NCBI GenBank assembly: GCA_964019335.1
Contig: OZ025670.1
Coordinates: 248,001 to 312,000 of the forward strand
DNA from: Diplonema japonicum
Taxonomy: Eukaryota > Protista > Euglenozoa: Diplonemea
Length of the DNA stretch: 64,000 nt
Direction: 5' to 3'
Position 1 is the stretch's first letter. The number at the start of each line of letters is the position of its first letter. Below, piece after piece: positions 45,168-56,468 of the stretch. The notes under the pieces were generated by a model that searched no databases, was not told the DNA's origin, and was given only the letters and a program-made list of their open reading frames with translations. Position numbers and translations under genes: made by a program.

Positions 45168-45436
45168 GGTTGTGGGGATGGACAGTGGGCACTCTATGCA
45201 CACTTTAAAAAAAGATTATCGAGTTTCCACCCCCCCCCCTTTTTATTTTTTTAAAAAATATCTCTCTCTTTTTCGAAGTGTGTGGCAACTCTTCGCAGTG
45301 GATTGTCTTTTACTACTTTGAGTCCTTTTTTTTGACCCTGTCACAGACACGCTTTATTTTTTTTTTGAGTTTTAGTTTTTCTTTTTTTTTACCCCCCCCT
45401 GCATTTTTTTGTAGTCTAAAGGGAGGGGGAGGTTAA

Positions 45437-45871
45437 ATGGTACTCCCGACACCCGTAGCCGATGTTGCTGACCCGAACCTTGTTATGGGGATGGGATGGG
45501 GCCTCTTTGCAGTGTTGTTACTCGGTGTAGTAGCCGTGCTTGTAACGATCCTAGGGGCGGTGTTCACAAGGCAGGGTGTACTCATAGGAATGGCCTCTTT
45601 CGTGACCGTATTGGTCTTCTTTGTCATCCTCACCCAGTGCCCTACAGAGTCGGAACGAGCAGATGTGAACAGAGTGAACACCAAGACGGACGACACAGCC
45701 CAGTTTCGCTTAGCTCTCGTCATTACGTTGGCTTTAATGGTGGCGCTGTCTTTTGGTACCTTGGGGTACTACAGGCTGACCTCTCCCATCCCTTTTATGC
45801 ACCGGCCAAAGAGGGGAAAGCAGACTTACAAGAAATTCAAGGCGTCGCTGGTCCAGTCTGTTCAAGATTAA
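45437..45871 (+). CDS. TMEM218: TMEM218-like ciliary transition-zone membrane protein
   Basis: Three TM; VMGMGWGLFAVLLL..P..KTDD..FR..P pattern recalled from the family. Confidence 0.6.
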   Translation: MVLPTPVADVADPNLVMGMGWGLFAVLLLGVVAVLVTILGAVFTRQGVLIGMASFVTVLVFFVILTQCPTESERADVNRVNTKTDDTAQFRLALVITLALMVALSFGTLGYYRLTSPIPFMHRPKRGKQTYKKFKASLVQSVQD

Positions 45872-46090
45872 TTCAGAATTTTTATTTTAGAGAGGGGGGT
45901 AAAAAAAAAGTAATAGAATACACCTCCCGTCCCCCATCCCTCCCGGTATTTTCATAGACTTACAGTGGGGCAGCAACACAATATATATAAATATTTTTTT
46001 TTAAAAAAAAAAAGGAGGAATAGAGATGCACCGCGGGTGTTGAGCGAACAAAAAAAAAAAAAAAAAAAAAAACGGGGAAAAAAAGAAGAA

Positions 46091-47413
46091 ATGTCCGATG
46101 AGGAAAACTCACTGATCCTCAGTGCGAGCGAGGCCAATCAGGTGAGGCTGGACATCAGTTGCAACCTGTCGTTTTGGGAGGAGATAGGGAACATCCCCGA
46201 GGAGCACTACGAACAGATGAAGGGCAACATACTTCTCTTACCGGAAGGAGAGCACAGCGAATACTTTGCGGAGCTGGACTCGATAGGAAGAGGATCGCCC
46301 CCAAGGGCGGTTGTAGGGGAGAAGAGAAAAGAAAGAGAAGAGACACCCGAAGAAAAACAAAGAGAAGACCCACCCAGCGAAGAAGAAGAAGCTTTACAAA
46401 AAGGAATGCCTGTTCCGCCAACCGAGCGCCCGTGCTACAAACACTCAACCGCCGATCGTATCGACAAGAGGAAGCTTAAAGAACTGGACACCAAAGAAGG
46501 CATCGCCAAGCTTCAAGACATGACGGACCCCAACTACCGCATCACAAAGGTCTCATTCGTCTGCACCCTTGACTCAGTACCCGAGTACACAGACGATGAA
46601 GGCTCTCAGAGCGACTCGGAAGGCTGCAACCGATGCGTTTCAATCCCACAACATCAAAGCGGCACGCTGCTCGTTCTCTGCACGGAATATCTCAACTACA
46701 CACCCCTACCTTGGCTAGAGACTGTTGTTGCTGACGGTGCCATTGCTCAAAGTCTTGTCCTATCTGTTAACGGCCAGCCTATCCCCGTCCCGTGTAACTG
46801 GATTGAGCCTGAAACCCCGATGGTCCGGCATAAGGTATACAAATAAAAGAATCAAAAAAAAAAAAGAGAGATGATCAACACACAGACGTACACCTTTGCA
46901 GAAATTCCTGTTCAAGAGGAAGGATCGGGTTACCTAACAGTTCAGTTTCCCTGTGCGCAGTCGCCTTGGCGTGCGTGTCTAGTGGGCGTGCTTGCTGAGC
47001 GTGTGGAATATCATGAATACGCTGAAATCGTGAGGGGAAGAGACGCGTCGCCCCAGCAGCAATGGCCCGCACTGCTTAGCAACGACTGCGAAGGTGATGT
47101 TGTGGAGGCTTCTGTCTCGCTGAAGTGCCCCCTCACACAGGTCCGCATGACCATCCCTGCACGCGGGATGTCCTGCAACCACGTTGAGTGCTTCAACCTC
47201 ACATCCTATCTCGAACTGTGTTGCGGCCGTCACATCTGGTCGTGTCCCATTTGTAATAAGGAGCTGCCCCCCACCGCCCTCCTCGTCGACCCCCTCCTCC
47301 AAGAGATCATCTCCTCCTGTGAGGTGTCCGACATATGGCTGCAACCCAACGGCACATGGAAGCTCCCCGAAATAAAAAGAAAGTCTGAAGTAGAAATCAT
47401 CGAGCTAGAGTAA
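46091..47413 (+). CDS. SP-RING (MIZ) zinc-finger SUMO E3 ligase, SIZ/PIAS-like
   Basis: SLKCPLT..RM.IPARG..CNHVECF..WSCPIC; intron 46835-46885 joins two ORFs; terminal SIM-like VEIIELE. Confidence 0.85.
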
Positions 47414-47470
47414 CAACACAATTCCCCGTTCAGGCGTCCCCACTTCCTTTATATCATCAAAGGTTACACG

Positions 47471-47992
47471 ATGTGGAATCGGCGTAAGTTTGGGCTGCAG
47501 AGGGGCACCGCAGGGGCACAGGAATTGTACGGGAACACGCAAGGGTGCGAGAGTCAAGGAAGGGGCTTGTCACAGGACTGGGGGAGGGGTGCTTCACAGC
47601 CAGTAGGGATACAGAGGCAAGACGCCTCGTTGGAAGCACTGAGTAGCAGTTTGTTCAGCCTTCTCAATGACGTGGAGGAACTGGAAGCACAGGTGAGGGA
47701 GGTCAAAGAGAGTATCAGAGGCAAAGGGACAAAGATGAGCAATCTGCGCAAGGAGTTGTTGTCGCGCCAAGAGACCTACGCATCGTGTCTCACGAACACC
47801 CTTAAGGAACGCCTCCATGCTGCACTGCCAGCTGGCACCTCTTCCACGGGCAGTCCGTCGGTCACAGCAGGTCACTCTGTGACCGTCTTTCAGGAGCAGT
47901 TTCAAGAACACCTCGACCTTTCGCAGGCCTCAGACACTTCAGACGAGACCACTGACGGCCTCGACCTCTTCAGCGACATGATGATGATGTAA
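47471..47992 (+). CDS. Hypothetical coiled-coil protein
   Basis: 173-aa ORF with coding-like composition. Confidence 0.6.
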   Translation: MWNRRKFGLQRGTAGAQELYGNTQGCESQGRGLSQDWGRGASQPVGIQRQDASLEALSSSLFSLLNDVEELEAQVREVKESIRGKGTKMSNLRKELLSRQETYASCLTNTLKERLHAALPAGTSSTGSPSVTAGHSVTVFQEQFQEHLDLSQASDTSDETTDGLDLFSDMMMM

Positions 47993-48269
47993 ACCTGACC
48001 TGTAGTACGCACAACTATCTCTCATTTGTAATCTCTTTATTTTTTGTTGGGAAATTATTCCGAAGGCAGTCCTAATCAAAAAAAAAAAAAAGGAAGAAGA
48101 AAGAAAAGTGATCACATCAAATGTTGATGTGATTTCTATTTTTTTTTTCTCTTCTTTTTTTTTGGAAAGCGGTTTGCACATTCAGTATTTTTCTTTTTCT
48201 TCGAAAAACCAAAGGCGACAAGCAGCTGTTCCTTATTCTATCACAGACACGAGGGAGAAAAAAAAAAAG

Positions 48270-49730
48270 ATGGTGGCTCTAGTTGGAGTACTAGCCATGC
48301 TGACGTTGTGCGGGAACTACAAGTACAGCAAGACCATGTCGCCTGGGATAGAGGTTGTGATACGTGATGGGCAGAGGGCTGTGATCACCGATAAGGACAT
48401 GCCTCAAGGCGCGATGGTCATTGCCGCCTTGCAGGAGCAGGTCACGGTCGACGGCTCGGTTCGCAAGCTGCTGGAGCTGCCCACTGCACACCATATCGCA
48501 AGCGTTATCCAAGCGGTGGAAGGGAAAGGTGAGGAAGGCGAGACCCCACACACACCTTTACACTTACTCAAAGACGACGAGAACCTGAGCAGGTTCGCCT
48601 TGGGGTACCACCTGGCACTGAAACGCGCAGAGTGGGGCGAATTCGCAGGCGGACACATTAGTAGCACACTCAACAAAACCGCCGGCCTCTACGGTGTGTT
48701 CCAGCACGAGATCCGTATAGTGCATGACCTCGCGAAGTCATGGTGGGCAGTTGCAAAGGCTTTAGGAGACAGCCTTCCCGAGAAGGTCACTGAGGAAGAC
48801 CTTGCATGGGCCAGCGTGGTGCTGAGGGCAAAAGGGATGGCATCACCGTTCGGCGAGATGGTGGGGGAGTACGCCATGTTCTTCAGGCAGCACCATGGGG
48901 GGTGCGTCGAGCTTGAGATGCAACAGGCTAAAGGGAGCATCCTTGTCGGCGTGCTGAGCAAAGACGCACCAAAGGGGACAGAGCTCTGTTTATCTTACAC
49001 ACCAGGCCCGTCCCGCCAGCAGCTGCTGGTGCAGTATGGGTTGTGGGACCCTACCGCAAGCTGGGGTATCAACTACTACATTACAGATGCCGATCTAGCA
49101 GCCGATCCATCTGTCCTAGCAGCACACGACTGCATGGTGGGTGAGATCGTTCTGACACCAACCAACTTCCTCACCAAGCAAGACCTGTACTGCTTCATGC
49201 TCCATCAGATTTCGAAGAATGTCCGACACAACTACAAAGACCTCCTCCGAGGGAGGGGTGCAAGGGACGAGGCATACGCCTCACTGGGGAGTTCAGTGGC
49301 GAAGCTGTTGTCAGACGGCTACAACGCGACAGTGGAAGGGGCGTTCGATGTGGAACACATCAAGTCGAAGAAAGAGGTCACGGAGCAAGAGGAAGAGGAC
49401 GACATGCCAGAGGAACTGAAACAGCTGCTTGCAAATCAGAAGCAACAACAGCACGAAGAGGTCGTCGAGCAAGAAGAACACAAACAGGAAGTTTTAACAG
49501 AGAAGCCCGCCGCAGACCTAGACCCTGTCGTCGCACAGCTGAACGGGTACTTATCCCTTGCGGTGCCGTCCTTGAAAGAATTCCACGCGAACCTCCTTGA
49601 GAAATGGATCGCTTCAAAGGAAGCAGACGTGCGCACACAGGAACAAGAAGCTCTCGCAAGAAACCAACTCGTTATGGAACAGGCCCGGAGAGCCATGGAG
49701 GAGTTCGAACTGAGCAAGGATGAGGTGTAA
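48270..49730 (+). CDS. Degenerate SET-domain (LSMT/SETD3-class) protein with a signal peptide and KDEV tail
   Basis: QRAVITDKDMPQG, EEDLAWASVVL, KDAPKGTELCLSY..QQLLVQYG; hydrophobic N-terminus; ends SKDEV*. Confidence 0.6.
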   Translation: MVALVGVLAMLTLCGNYKYSKTMSPGIEVVIRDGQRAVITDKDMPQGAMVIAALQEQVTVDGSVRKLLELPTAHHIASVIQAVEGKGEEGETPHTPLHLLKDDENLSRFALGYHLALKRAEWGEFAGGHISSTLNKTAGLYGVFQHEIRIVHDLAKSWWAVAKALGDSLPEKVTEEDLAWASVVLRAKGMASPFGEMVGEYAMFFRQHHGGCVELEMQQAKGSILVGVLSKDAPKGTELCLSYTPGPSRQQLLVQYGLWDPTASWGINYYITDADLAADPSVLAAHDCMVGEIVLTPTNFLTKQDLYCFMLHQISKNVRHNYKDLLRGRGARDEAYASLGSSVAKLLSDGYNATVEGAFDVEHIKSKKEVTEQEEEDDMPEELKQLLANQKQQQHEEVVEQEEHKQEVLTEKPAADLDPVVAQLNGYLSLAVPSLKEFHANLLEKWIASKEADVRTQEQEALARNQLVMEQARRAMEEFELSKDEV

Positions 49731-49911
49731 ACAGTTTTATTTCCCCCTCCCTCCCCCTTCTTATAAAGAAAAAGAAGAAGAAAAAAAAGACTAACATAAC
49801 TACCCTCCTTTTTATTGTGTACGCGCTGCTCTAAGATTTTACAACAAAAAAGAGGGGGGAAAGAAGGAAGAAAAAAAAAAAAGGAGAAAAAGAGAGATAT
49901 GAGCAAATAGC

Positions 49912-51078
49912 ATGCGGAGAAACAGTCTTAAGCCGTTGGAGTTGAGGCCTGTCATGGATGGGCGGGCAGGGGCGACAACGCCCGAGCCAGCAATGAAGAG
50001 AGGGCTGAGTCCATTGGGTGTGGAAGTGGTGAGGACGGTGTCGGCTCCAACGTTGGGAAAGACGGGACCAGGGACCGTGAAAAAAACAAGCGAATCGTTG
50101 TTCATGCACCGCGTGAACAACATGACTCCTGAGGAGATACGTAAACTGCACATAAGGATCAGGGATGCAGGGCACCAACGGCAGCGGCAAAAACTACAGC
50201 CCATCCAACCCTATCAAATAACCGATGAACGCGCGAAGCAAAAACAAGAACTCCGTCTTCTTATCCAAAGACCACGACACGACCCTAAAGCCGATCTTGT
50301 CAGACTATGGGCTACTCACGTTCTCATAGCAGCCCGGCACCACAAACTTTCAACGATTTTCTTAAAATCCGAAAGGCAAGAACGTCGACGTGCCGTGTTG
50401 ACATCTCTGAGGGGGAAAATTCTGAAAGCGGCGAGGATTTTAAAAATGCAAGCTGCCGTGAAGCGTAACATGCTCATCATGAGGTGGCTTTTGAAGCAAA
50501 AGCACAAGTCGAAAACAATGCGAACCAACATGATAAAGCAGTACCTCCAATCAGAGAAACCTTGGAACAAGCTCAGATACACATGTATGAAGTACCATAA
50601 GTACGTCACACGAATCTGTAGAGCTGTCTATAAGCTTGCCATGCTTCGCCGTGTTCAGATGAGCAACGCACTGGCGATGTGGGATGACGTCATGGTGGGA
50701 ATGAGGCGTGTTTCCACAGATGTTCCTCTTGCTCTCAAGAGGAGGTTGATCCGCGATCGGTTGTCGGGGCTGCATCGAAAGTACTCTGAAGCAAGTTCTC
50801 ATTACTATAACCTACCGGAGAAGCACCGGACCGCCCTCTGGGGCACTCCGCCTTACCTTCGAAAAATGTTGTCTCGGGAATCAATTGGGAGCGCCATTGA
50901 CACAGCGTTAATGATAGTTCAGCTCCCTAGAGAGGAGGCCAATACAAGATTTGCAGTACATACTATGCAACAGCTTGAGTTCAGTCAGATTATCTCACTT
51001 CGTACGCCGGAGGCCGTGCCGGTTGTTCAGAAGAAGAAGAAACCTTTTGGTGTGGCAATGCGGCCGCACCGAATATAA
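49912..51078 (+). CDS. Hypothetical basic helical protein
   Basis: 388-aa ORF. Confidence 0.7.
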   Translation: MRRNSLKPLELRPVMDGRAGATTPEPAMKRGLSPLGVEVVRTVSAPTLGKTGPGTVKKTSESLFMHRVNNMTPEEIRKLHIRIRDAGHQRQRQKLQPIQPYQITDERAKQKQELRLLIQRPRHDPKADLVRLWATHVLIAARHHKLSTIFLKSERQERRRAVLTSLRGKILKAARILKMQAAVKRNMLIMRWLLKQKHKSKTMRTNMIKQYLQSEKPWNKLRYTCMKYHKYVTRICRAVYKLAMLRRVQMSNALAMWDDVMVGMRRVSTDVPLALKRRLIRDRLSGLHRKYSEASSHYYNLPEKHRTALWGTPPYLRKMLSRESIGSAIDTALMIVQLPREEANTRFAVHTMQQLEFSQIISLRTPEAVPVVQKKKKPFGVAMRPHRI

Positions 51079-51409
51079 GGAACAACAAGAAAAAAAGGAA
51101 AAGTTTTATAAGTTTTCACTGATTTTCTTCCCCCCTCCCCCCATTCGCCCTTCTTTATGAGAGAAGAAAGAAGGGAAAAAAAAAATTGCGAACGTATTTA
51201 TTTCATTGTCTTTCTTCCCCTGCCCTTTTTTTTTTCTTTTTTTTTTTTTCAGTAGTTCACTTCCTTATTATCTCCCTCTCCTCTTTCTTTTTTTTTTTTT
51301 TTTTTTTTTTTTTGATTACTTTGTTCGTGGTTAGTCCTTTTTTTCCCTCTTTTTTCTTTTTCTTTCCCATATATTTTTTTTCTTCTTGCGACAAAAAAAA
51401 AAAAAAGAA

Positions 51410-53461
51410 ATGAAAATATTAAGGGAAGGTGGAACGGGGAGAAATGCGATGATTCCTCAGGTGCAACACGTTCGTGACCCATGGGTAGTGGCTGGGACTC
51501 CGCCGGAACTCGCGGCCTTTGCAGGGCCGCATTCACTGTTTGTTGCAGATGCGAAATACATAGAGAAAAAGCTTGAAGAAGCGGTGGTGGTAGTTACGTG
51601 TAAAATGATCCTCGTGAGTGATGGGGCTCGGGGTGTCATGCCCTTCAAGAAGATCGTGATTTCCGACATCGAAGGACTCTTCGTGAGCTACAAGCCAAGC
51701 GATGTGGGGCCCGGTGGTGGGAAGATGGTGCTGGTGAAGATGAAGGAAGGCATTCCTGACACACTACTACTCTTCCCCGCACCCCCACCCGAGCACGACC
51801 AGTACCGTAAAGACATCCTAGAGGTCCTTGAAGTGGTTTATATGGAAATGTGCCACAAAAAGCTCAAAATTACCCTCACAGACGACGACGACGACCGTCT
51901 CCTCAGCAAAGCACAGCTGTCAGTATGGGGGTACACCCCGCAGCAAACTGATGACAGACAACTGCATTCCGTGCCTTGTAAATGCAAGCCACGAAAGGTG
52001 CCAAGGCTCACTCCTGCCACCGATCCTCTTCAAGATCTGCAAGTGCGCTTCAATACACAGCAGGCCACGCACCAGCACCAAACAGGGGTTTTGAAGCAGC
52101 AGATCTCAGCTTTGAAGAGACAGGTGATGCGGTCGCAGTCCCCCGGTGTGAGCCACAGTGCCTTGTCCGTCGAGGAAAGTCCTAACAGCCAACTGTCTGC
52201 CATGCGTGAAGAGGTCAGAGACAAGCTGCGGTCGCAAGCGGATACTATTGCGTCCCTCCAGGCACAGCTGATGTCGGAGGTGACGCGGCGTGAAGAAGCC
52301 GAGAAACGCCTGGCGGTGCTCTCCTCCACAACAGTTGGGATGAATACCGAGCCGGACAGAACGACGCGTTCCACATCAATGTCGCCCTCTGACACTATCC
52401 TTGCAGCCTACGACCGCCTGCCATCCATGGTCTGCGAGGCGTCTCCCCGTCTGGGCCCTCGTTGTATTAGCCCGCTTCGCCCACGTACTCCAATGAGGAA
52501 CTACACACCTATGTCCTCCCACACCCCCCAACCGCTCCCGCAACCGCATCCACGCATCATAGAGGCGGGCACCATGACAGAACCCGTGACCTTCGGAGAA
52601 GAGGCAGTAGAGTCCGCGGAAGAAACCGAACCCGAACCAGTGCAGCCGCTGCTGTTCGAGACGTCGAGTGAGCTTTGCATCCTGCCGTACAAGGCGGTGA
52701 TGGTGGATGCAGAGGTCACAGCACTGCCTGGCGGAAAGACCCCTTTAAAACGGAACGACGGTTTCGCAAGGGACATGGCGTGCCAGGTGGAACCCAAAAG
52801 AATCCACAAGGGCACCTCGACCTTTAACAAGACGGTGGGCTCTGTTGTGGAGGCCATGGTGCAGACAGACACGGGGTACACGTTCGACAAGGGCGTTGTC
52901 ACTGATCTGGCGTTCCCGCTCGTGGGGTTGGGTCAGGAGATGGCGACGGGGTCAGTTGGGGAACGGTCAGCAAGGGGCGACGCAGTGCCGCTGCCGTCGA
53001 GGTACCGTGTGGGGTCCATCAGGGAGTCGGAGCTGGGCTCCAAAACCGCCACAACCGCTGTGTCAGCCTCAACAGCAACGACGTCTGTGCCCTCATACGG
53101 GTTGATGAAGGGGGCAAACACCAGTAGGTCGGGGTCACAGGCGACCGATCTCGATGGGATGCTGAAGGAGTGCTGTGACCTCCTTGGCAAGACTAAAGCG
53201 TTGACCTCCCGTGGCCCCTCCACTTTTTCCCTCCCTTCCGCGCCCCCCTCCCGCGTCGACACCACCACCTACTGGTACCCCCTCGTCGACGGCACTGTGG
53301 TGGGCTTCTCACGCCAAGGCGCTGCCGACCGCGGCTATCAACCAGGCTTAGAAATGTTATTGGGAGGAAACCTTTATACCATTGTGGGCACCCGCCAGGG
53401 GAAGCTCTACGGGTACCGCGAGTCGGACCCCGGTGCTGTTTGTATAGAACATCTCTTATAG
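51410..53461 (+). CDS. Hypothetical protein (PH-like N-terminus, coiled coil, low complexity)
   Basis: About 680-aa ORF; start chosen after the A-run. Confidence 0.7.
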   Translation: MKILREGGTGRNAMIPQVQHVRDPWVVAGTPPELAAFAGPHSLFVADAKYIEKKLEEAVVVVTCKMILVSDGARGVMPFKKIVISDIEGLFVSYKPSDVGPGGGKMVLVKMKEGIPDTLLLFPAPPPEHDQYRKDILEVLEVVYMEMCHKKLKITLTDDDDDRLLSKAQLSVWGYTPQQTDDRQLHSVPCKCKPRKVPRLTPATDPLQDLQVRFNTQQATHQHQTGVLKQQISALKRQVMRSQSPGVSHSALSVEESPNSQLSAMREEVRDKLRSQADTIASLQAQLMSEVTRREEAEKRLAVLSSTTVGMNTEPDRTTRSTSMSPSDTILAAYDRLPSMVCEASPRLGPRCISPLRPRTPMRNYTPMSSHTPQPLPQPHPRIIEAGTMTEPVTFGEEAVESAEETEPEPVQPLLFETSSELCILPYKAVMVDAEVTALPGGKTPLKRNDGFARDMACQVEPKRIHKGTSTFNKTVGSVVEAMVQTDTGYTFDKGVVTDLAFPLVGLGQEMATGSVGERSARGDAVPLPSRYRVGSIRESELGSKTATTAVSASTATTSVPSYGLMKGANTSRSGSQATDLDGMLKECCDLLGKTKALTSRGPSTFSLPSAPPSRVDTTTYWYPLVDGTVVGFSRQGAADRGYQPGLEMLLGGNLYTIVGTRQGKLYGYRESDPGAVCIEHLL

Positions 53462-53494
<33 letters not shown>

Positions 53495-53630
53495 TTCCTT
53501 TTTCTGTTTTCGTTTGTTCTAATTAGATTATTTTTTTTCTATTTCTTTTTCCTTTTGTCGTTGTCCACACCTTTTATTGAAACGACTATGTCACAGGTTG
53601 GGTGGAAAGAGGGGGGAGAGCCCCCTGGAA

Positions 53631-56295
53631 ATGGCCGAGAATGCAACAGTTCCACCACCGCGCCCTCCGAGAATTGTATGTCCTATGGTGGGTTCAATGT
53701 TTTTTTAAACAAAATACACAGCCACCTCCTCCAAAGAGCTATGTTGCAGCAAAACTGCAGCATCCAAGAACACCAATTGTGAAAGCAGTCCCGTCCACTG
53801 TGATGACGGGTTTTGAGAATGTGCAAGCGGACGAGTTGAAAGAATCAGACATGCATACCGTGTATTTTAATGAGGTAAGTCGTGAAAAAAGGAACGAACA
53901 CACACACAGTGCGAGAAAGAAGGGTCTGCCGGTCGGGAGGTCGTGATGACGTTCATCAAGATGTTGAACAGGCTTCGTGAGAACCAGAACAGCCCGGCTG
54001 TGATGCGGAATGCGGTGTCGTGGCTGCACAGGCAGACACACCACGAGCAGCTTCTAAAGGTGCTTACTGCGTTTCTCTTCTATCATACCGAAGACCTTCT
54101 CGCCAAGGTCATTGTTCTCAACTTTGTCATCGACTTCATACGCATCACCGACATGCAACACGCACAAGCTCAGCCCCTTCAACAACACTTCTCCTATTTG
54201 GTCGACAGTTCACTAGCGAGACAGCCCAGCCATCTTCTCGCTTCCACCAAGCTCACGTTACAGCAGTTTTGTGAGAGCAAAGGATGGTTAGGAGAGGCTG
54301 CAATAAAGAACGTCATCAAAGGGATTGACGCCAAGCAAAAGGAGATGGGGCACGTGCATGGGGCGCCCAAAGCCCCGGCAAAACTCAGCAAGAAACAGAA
54401 GACGATTTTGAACAACCAGAGTCTGCAGCAGCATCACCAGCAACAGCAAAGGCATCACCAGCATCACCAAGCACGTCCGCCTCCCATCCCCCTTCCTCTT
54501 CCCCATCCTCCTGTTCCTGTTCCTGCACCTTCCATGTCTTTGAAGGTACGTAGGATCCTCACTACACCCATCGACACGATTCTCCAGAAGTACCCTGTCT
54601 TCAACGCTATGTTCAATGAAGCGCGTCCTGAGGTCCAGCAGGACTACAGGAAGCAATGGGGCGTTGACAGCCTCATGCTCTCTGAAGTCATCGAGAAAGC
54701 AGCTGAGAAGGGCGCCTTTGACATGAACACCAACCCCAGCCTGCTCCTTTCCAAGCCCATGGAGGCTGTGGCCTCTGCTTATCCCTCGTTTGCCAAGTAC
54801 CTCAGCTCCCTTGATGACCGCTCTAAGGCCGACCTCTCCGCCCAATGGCTGCAGAAAGCCCCGTCTGTGGTGTCCACCGTGCACAAGATGGCCAGTGATG
54901 GCATGTTCGACAGCATGGTGCCTAGCGCGGAGGGGCTGAAGGGGCTCGCACCAAATCTACCGGTGCCGCCGATGCCAAAGAGTGTCGGGCGGCCCCCGCC
55001 TATCCCAGTTAAGCTGATGAAGATTTTGTTTGACTACGAGGTCAGCGTACCTGCTTTCGGGACGCCGCCGCCTAAACCGCCAGCTCCTGCACCTCCACCA
55101 CCTCCGCCTCCTCCGGGGTACCCGCCTGGGTCACACCCGATGGCTCCCACGATGCAGCCTGCGATGCCGATGCCCGGGTTGTACTATCCCATGTCATATG
55201 CAGCAGCTGCTGCCATGGCAGCACAGCAACATGCTGCGGTCATAGCCCAACAGTCAATGCACGCGGCAATGCAAGCGCAGCTGGCTACTCCTGCGCAACC
55301 TGCAAGTGGTGCGGCACCTCAAGCAGCGGCGTCTGCGCCTGCAGCAGCACAGAGACCTACATCAGCACCTACTCCGGCACCAGCAGCAAAAGTCATCGCT
55401 GCTGCGAAGCCAGCGCCGACCATGCCTGACGTAACCGCAGCAACGGTACCAGCTGTGACGAGGATACGTACCCTGTCGGAGACTGCAGCCACAGAGCCGA
55501 CCCCGGCCGCTGCTGCGGCAGAAGTGGTTCCATCTAAGCAAAACCCCACGGCGGCATCCACTCCTGCTGACACCCTCAGTCCCCCGAAGGAAGTTGTGGT
55601 TGATGCAGCAAGCAGGGCGATCAAGGTATGCTGACTGCAAACGACACACATCCTCGTAGGCTGCCAAGGAAGCTGCAAAGAAGCAGAACCTTTTGGAGGA
55701 TGACAAACTTGTGATGGACTACTACTACCCGCACTACTACAAGTACTACATAGACGCGCTGATGAAGAAGGGGAAGGAGAAGAAGGAACAAGAGAAAGTG
55801 AAAGAGAAGAGCAAAGATGTACCGGAGAAAAAGACTGTGGGGTTGGGACAATATTCCGTGGTGAGCAGGATGGAACAGCTGGTGAAGACGCAAGAGGAAG
55901 AGAGGGGAAAGTGGGTGTCGGTTGATGGAGAAGAGGAACAAAAGGAGTCTAAGCCTGAACCAGCTACGCCAAAGAAATCTCCTTCACCTGCACCAAAAAC
56001 AGATGATGAACCCCCCAAGAAACTGGAGCCGGAACCCGAGCCTCGACCTGAGAGCATAGATAGCGTGAAACAGGGGCAGGAGCCCCACACTGAGGATGAG
56101 GCAAGCACTTTTCAAGTGGAGTTTGCAGACCTGAAGCGAACACGAAGAGGTGACACAGTTGAAATCAGCCCGAAGAAACGGAAAAAGGAGAAGAAGGAGA
56201 AGAAAAACAAAAAAGAGAAAAAGGAACGCAGAGAGAAGGACAAGAAGCGGAAACGTAGCGTGACACCTGATCGCAAGAAGCGTCGTTTCGACTAA
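53631..56295 (+). CDS. Pro/Ala-rich nuclear protein with a possible CID-like helical domain and Lys/Arg tail
   Basis: Introns 53676-53721, 53875-53909 and 55626-55659 join four exons in frame. Confidence 0.65.
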
Positions 56296-56468
56296 AAAAG
56301 AAAAAAAAAGAGAAAAAAAAAGAAAAAAAAAAAGAAAAGAAAAAAACCATAGAGTGTATTGCGCATTAGTAATGCACCCTCGAAATAGCAAATAAAAAAA
56401 ATTAAGGGGGTTGTGGAGAATCTGGTGGATTAAAAGGAAAAAGAAAAAAAAAAGGGAGGGAAAAGAAA

